A stretch of DNA of 64,000 nucleotides from Callorhinchus milii (lineage: Eukaryota), in assembly GCF_018977255.1 (NCBI RefSeq), contig NW_024704743.1:12278001-12342000 (forward strand), read 5' to 3'. A program made the translations under genes and the position numbers. Within the stretch, counting starts at the first letter, position 1. Each line of letters starts with the position of its first letter. Positions 59,975 to 64,000 of this stretch are shown here, piece by piece. Below the pieces are notes generated by a model. That model worked only from the letters and a program-made list of their open reading frames with translations. It had not been told where the DNA came from and did not search any database.

Positions 59975-60320
59975 GGAGTCCTGTAGCTCAGTGGTTAGAA
60001 CACTAGCTTCGCAAGCGAGAGACCTGGGTTCGATTCCCGGCAGGGCGAAATATTGGGCAAGTTTCCTTACTCCACACACATTTGTTTACCTAGCAGTAAG
60101 TAGGAGCCCGATTGTTAGTCAATTTGGCAGATCACTTTTCCGGGGGTAATAATTTCTTCAAAAAACATAATAACAAATTGGTCGTGGGACACTGTTTTGC
60201 GCAATTGGCTACTGCATTTTGCCCACAAACTATCATTCACTTTACAGTATATTCTGTGCAGCGCTTTGAGACAACTCAGACGTGATAAGGCGCTATATCA
60301 AATGCAAGGATTATTATTAT
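59975..60320 (+). mobile_element. tRNA-Ala-headed SINE
   Basis: ggagtcctgtagctcagtggttag..GGTTCGATTCCC head, body, tail. Confidence 0.9.
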
Positions 60321-60552
60321 CTCAGAAGCCAATTTGTGCACAGCAATGCCCACAAACCGCTATTTTATTTAGGGGATTATCGGCCAGGACACTAGGAGAG
60401 AGAAACTCCCTTCTCTTTTCGATTTGCGCCATGGGATGTTTAACATTCACCTGAACAGGCAGATGGGACCTTGGTTTACTGTCTCATTCAAAGGATGGCA
60501 TCTCCGACAATACAGTGCTCCCCCAGCACTGCATTGGAGTGTCAGCTTAGAC

Positions 60553-61900
60553 CAGGGTGGTCCAACCTTTTTGGTGTTGAGGGCCAGATTTCACATGTGG
60601 GAGACATCTGTGGGCCGCATAAGCTATATTTTTATTTTCCCTTCCAGAAACATAAAAAATCATTTAGAAATCCTATGTTTTAAATTGTGTGTCTGTATTA
60701 CTTAATAAGAATCATTTCAAATGGAAATAAATTCAACAAATGTTTTAATGTATTAAAGTCAAAACACAAGATATCAACTCAGTACATGAAGATTCAACTT
60801 TGTTCATTGTTCATTGGCTTTCTTAACAGACATCAACAGTATCAATCTTCAGCTACAAGGCAGAAATCAGAATATTTTGCACCTTATGATTTCTATCTTG
60901 TGGTTTGATCTTCTAATTCCTCCTCAAACTCCGCAATGTTGCTCTTTACATATTCCTTGAGAAATGAAAGTACCTCCTTGCTAAATGCAAAAAAACTGCA
61001 CAAAACAGTTGCGCACACTCAGCTAATGCACTTCTGAATAAAGAGATAAATCACGATATTCTGCATCTAATTCTTCAAGGAAGTTTATGAATTTTCTGTG
61101 ACTGCTTGATTTCCTCCGAAATCAATTGAACACTTTGATGACACTAGTCATCACATTATTCGTTTTCACTGGTTTTCTGCAAAGGAACTCCTGTGTGATG
61201 CAGTAGAAAGTAGAAATGCAGTAGAATTCAATTTAATTTTGTTTCAGCAAACCTACCAAACCATTTTTACAGCCGGTCATTGATTTTGCAACATCCGTCA
61301 CGATGCAGGAACATTTCTGAAACCCACTGTATTTACTGACAGTTAAAGTAAGAACCTTGTATATATCCAACCCCTTTTCAGAAGAATTAACTCAAGTGAA
61401 CAACATTTTCATCAATGGTTCTGATGACAATTAATAGCTGACTGATATCAGTAACTCGTCTAGAGCGAATGAGAAGTATTTACATTTTTCAACGATTGTC
61501 CTGAGCTTTGTATTCACGTGTTTGTTCATGTCACTTATTCTCCTTGCCAGTTTGGTGAGACAGTGCCACACTTTAAAAATTATTGACCATTTTTACAACA
61601 CCAAATGCATGAGGCATTATATTTGATGTATCTTGTCTTGAGTCGTGTGTTGTGGTGCCTTCTGTTGTTGAATTCCATCAACAAGTATATTACTCGCAAG
61701 CAAACAAGGCACTGAGATTTTCCAGTATTTTCAGTAACCAAGTAATCAATTTTCCACTTGCGCTGAAATTCTCTATTTTCCACTTCTATCTTCCATTTCC
61801 TATGGAGACTGATATTGCTGCCCAGATTCTCTGTGTTTCCCCAGGTTACACAAGGCACAAATAGCGCGGATCCTGTGCATGAAGCTTGAATCCACAATCA
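60553..61900 (-). mobile_element. hAT (Charlie/SPIN, GTF2IRD2-like) transposon relic with decayed transposase
   Basis: TIR-like CAGGGTGGTCCAACC at 60553; minus-strand KIEVENREFQRKWKIDY..GKSQCLVC..NNRRHH, YFSFALDE (~61455-61478), TDVAKSMTG..NGLVG, HRKFINFLEELDAEYRDL..SEVH*LS. Confidence 0.85.
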
Positions 61901-62264
61901 TCTGACTCAGTGCAACAACTGAAACAGGCTGACACACGCATACCTTTCAGGATGTTAAAAATTCTGGTGCACAGATAGTAGTGCTATTTGAAAAGAAGAG
62001 GAAGTTTTTCCCAGTGTCCTGGCCAACAACTTTCCATCCCGTCTCCAATAACATCAATCATTCACTTTGTGGATGTTTGTTGTTTGTGAAATATTACTTT
62101 GTTGGCTACAAAATATACATCACCACACTTCACAGTAAATTTTCTGAATGTTTTGAGATGTCCTCCTGACGTGAAAGGTGCTATATAAAATTAAAGTGTT
62201 ACAGAAATAATAATTTGCCTGCACAGACAAATGGGACCTTGGCTCATCTGAAGCGTGCTCTGCA

Positions 62265-62690
62265 GCACTCCATCCTCGCCCAACTTCACTGGCTTCCCAT
62301 CACACAGAGGATATAGTTCAAGATCCTGCTCCTCACCTTCAAAGCCCTCCATGGTCTTGCTCCCCCCAACCATCCTGCCCACTCCCTCTGCTGGCTCCGG
62401 CCTGTTTCACCTCCCCCGCCTCGTCCACCCCACCATTGGCAGGTGGGCCTTCTGCCACTCTGTCCCCACCCTCTGGAACTCCATTCTGCAGTCCCTCCAC
62501 CTCGCCTGCTCCCTTGCCTCCTTCAAGACCTGTCTCAAGGCCCTCCTCTTCGACCATGCTTTCGGTCAATCTCCTTCCCCCTCCTGCCCTCCACCCTCCC
62601 CAATCTCAACCCCCAGCTCGGGACTGAAACATTGATAGTCCAGCGTCTTGGGACACCCTCTTCACGAGAAATGTAATTTTGTTATTGATG
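62265..62690 (+). mobile_element. L2 3' fragment
   Basis: LHWLPITQRI*FKILL, WNSILQSLHL..FKTCLKALLF, tail. Confidence 0.85.
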
Positions 62691-62987
62691 TTGTTAGATT
62701 AGCTCAAGCCCCAACCCCAGGCTCAAACCCACAGCCCTCTTTCTTTTCTCACCTGAGAGAAGCATGGGTGGACTACGTGACATCCAGGCAGGGAGGAGGC
62801 AATGAGCAGGCCAACGTACTCAATACTCTCTGTGCACTGTGACCCACCTTTCTCATGAATATTGTATTGTCGGCAGGGGAAGGGAAGGTGAATAGTTCTG
62901 TCCAGAGAGGCGCACTGATGCTGAGTTTGAAGATTATCAGCAGCTCTGAAGCATTACGCACTTGATCCATTATTACCAGGATTCAAA

Positions 62988-63272
62988 AGGTTCAATTCCC
63001 GGGCAGGGTGAAACCTTAGGCACGTTTCCTCCACACGCCTCTGTTTTATCTAAAAGTAAATAGGAACCTGGTTGTTAGTCGATTGGCGGATCGCTTTCCC
63101 CAAAATGTGTGGTCACTCAATCCATGACTGTGGGACACTGCTGTGTGCAACTGGTTGACGCGTTTTGTCCACAAAATACACAGTCAATCTACTTTAATGC
63201 ATATTCTGTGAAGTACTATGTGACGTCTCAATGATGTGATAAGGCACTATATCAAATGCAAGGATTATTAAT
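62988..63272 (+). mobile_element. tRNA-Ala-headed SINE (5'-truncated)
   Basis: B-box ggttcaattccc, body, tail. Confidence 0.82.
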
Positions 63273-63678
63273 GTTATTATCAAGGTTATTCACAATTCCC
63301 AAACCTTGGCTCTTGCCAAACAGCACCTAATGCTCTCCGGAATTAGATGAGCAAAGTCTGTCTCTGAGAGAGAGAGCAAGCATTCCATCCCAGACAGGGA
63401 AGTTTTTACCATGTGTGGTTGACATGTGGATGTCTCAGCGCAACCAACTCAAATCCTATTAATTCCACCCACCCACCCCCTGGGCACCCCGGAGTCCAAC
63501 TCCATCGCTGTAAAGTGCTCCCAAGACGTCACCCGACATGACGAGTGCAATACAAATACAAGTTGTTGTTGATACTCTAGAGCACAATGATGGATTTCGA
63601 TGATGGTATGCAGAAGGCTGACCAAAGAGTAACATTTGTTGGGGGAAAAATTTAAAGACTTGCTTTGAGCCTGTTGTC

Positions 63679-63813
63679 CTGGTGTCAGCCCATACAGGGA
63701 GTTTTGTGCATAAAACTTCCCCCAAATGTTCTGTGGTCAGAAGATGTAGAATAATTGGAACCTATTGTGGGAATCTATGCTCATCGAGGTGAGGAATTAA
63801 GGGCTGACACCAG
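63679..63813. repeat. 13-bp perfect inverted repeat enclosing 109 bp
   Basis: CTGGTGTCAGCCC (63679-63691) / GGGCTGACACCAG (63801-63813). Confidence 0.7.
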
Positions 63814-64000
63814 TTCTTAATTTGCAAACCATCAGAATTTCCTCTCCAGTCAGGTTATAGGATGCGATTGGCACCAGTAGGCGTGGATTATGTTCTGTTT
63901 TACAATGTGACCTTAACAGCTAGCCAGAGAGGTGTCCTTCAGACAGACAGTAATGAGTGTCAAATTCCCATTTCCCCATATCAACCGTACTTGTGGCCAC

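Noticed and set aside
62750..62970. GC-balanced unique segment with short ORFs
   Set aside because: No consistent splice pair with an open frame and no recognisable motif.

Overview
Eukaryotic, repeat-dense vertebrate genomic DNA with no prokaryotic features, no CRISPR array and no rRNA or intact tRNA gene. The repeat set (CR1 LINEs, L2 LINEs with (GTT)n tails, a tRNA-Ala-headed SINE sharing the L2 tail, Deu-domain SINEs) points to a cartilaginous fish, possibly a chimaera; this is an inference. Most of the window is decayed or nested transposon sequence, and nearly all ORF-track ORFs are LINE fragments or low-complexity artefacts. Best-supported non-routine items: a decayed retroviral RNase H + integrase with foamy-virus-like motifs (~100-870), a 758-bp solo LTR with a 4-bp TSD (28715-29472), a Tigger/pogo relic, a hAT Charlie/SPIN-type transposase relic, several MITE-like inverted repeats, and a long composite Deu-SINE. 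Candidate host genes could not be named and rest on splice signals only: a terminal exon with 3'UTR (1123-~3090), a promoter plus spliced plus-strand transcript (~7.8-35.0 kb) with one signal-peptide-like reading, and a first coding exon at 47800-47883 with a MAPK-docking-like motif between ~1.1-kb polypurine and G-rich tandem arrays. Repeat boundaries were read by eye and are approximate unless stated as exact.
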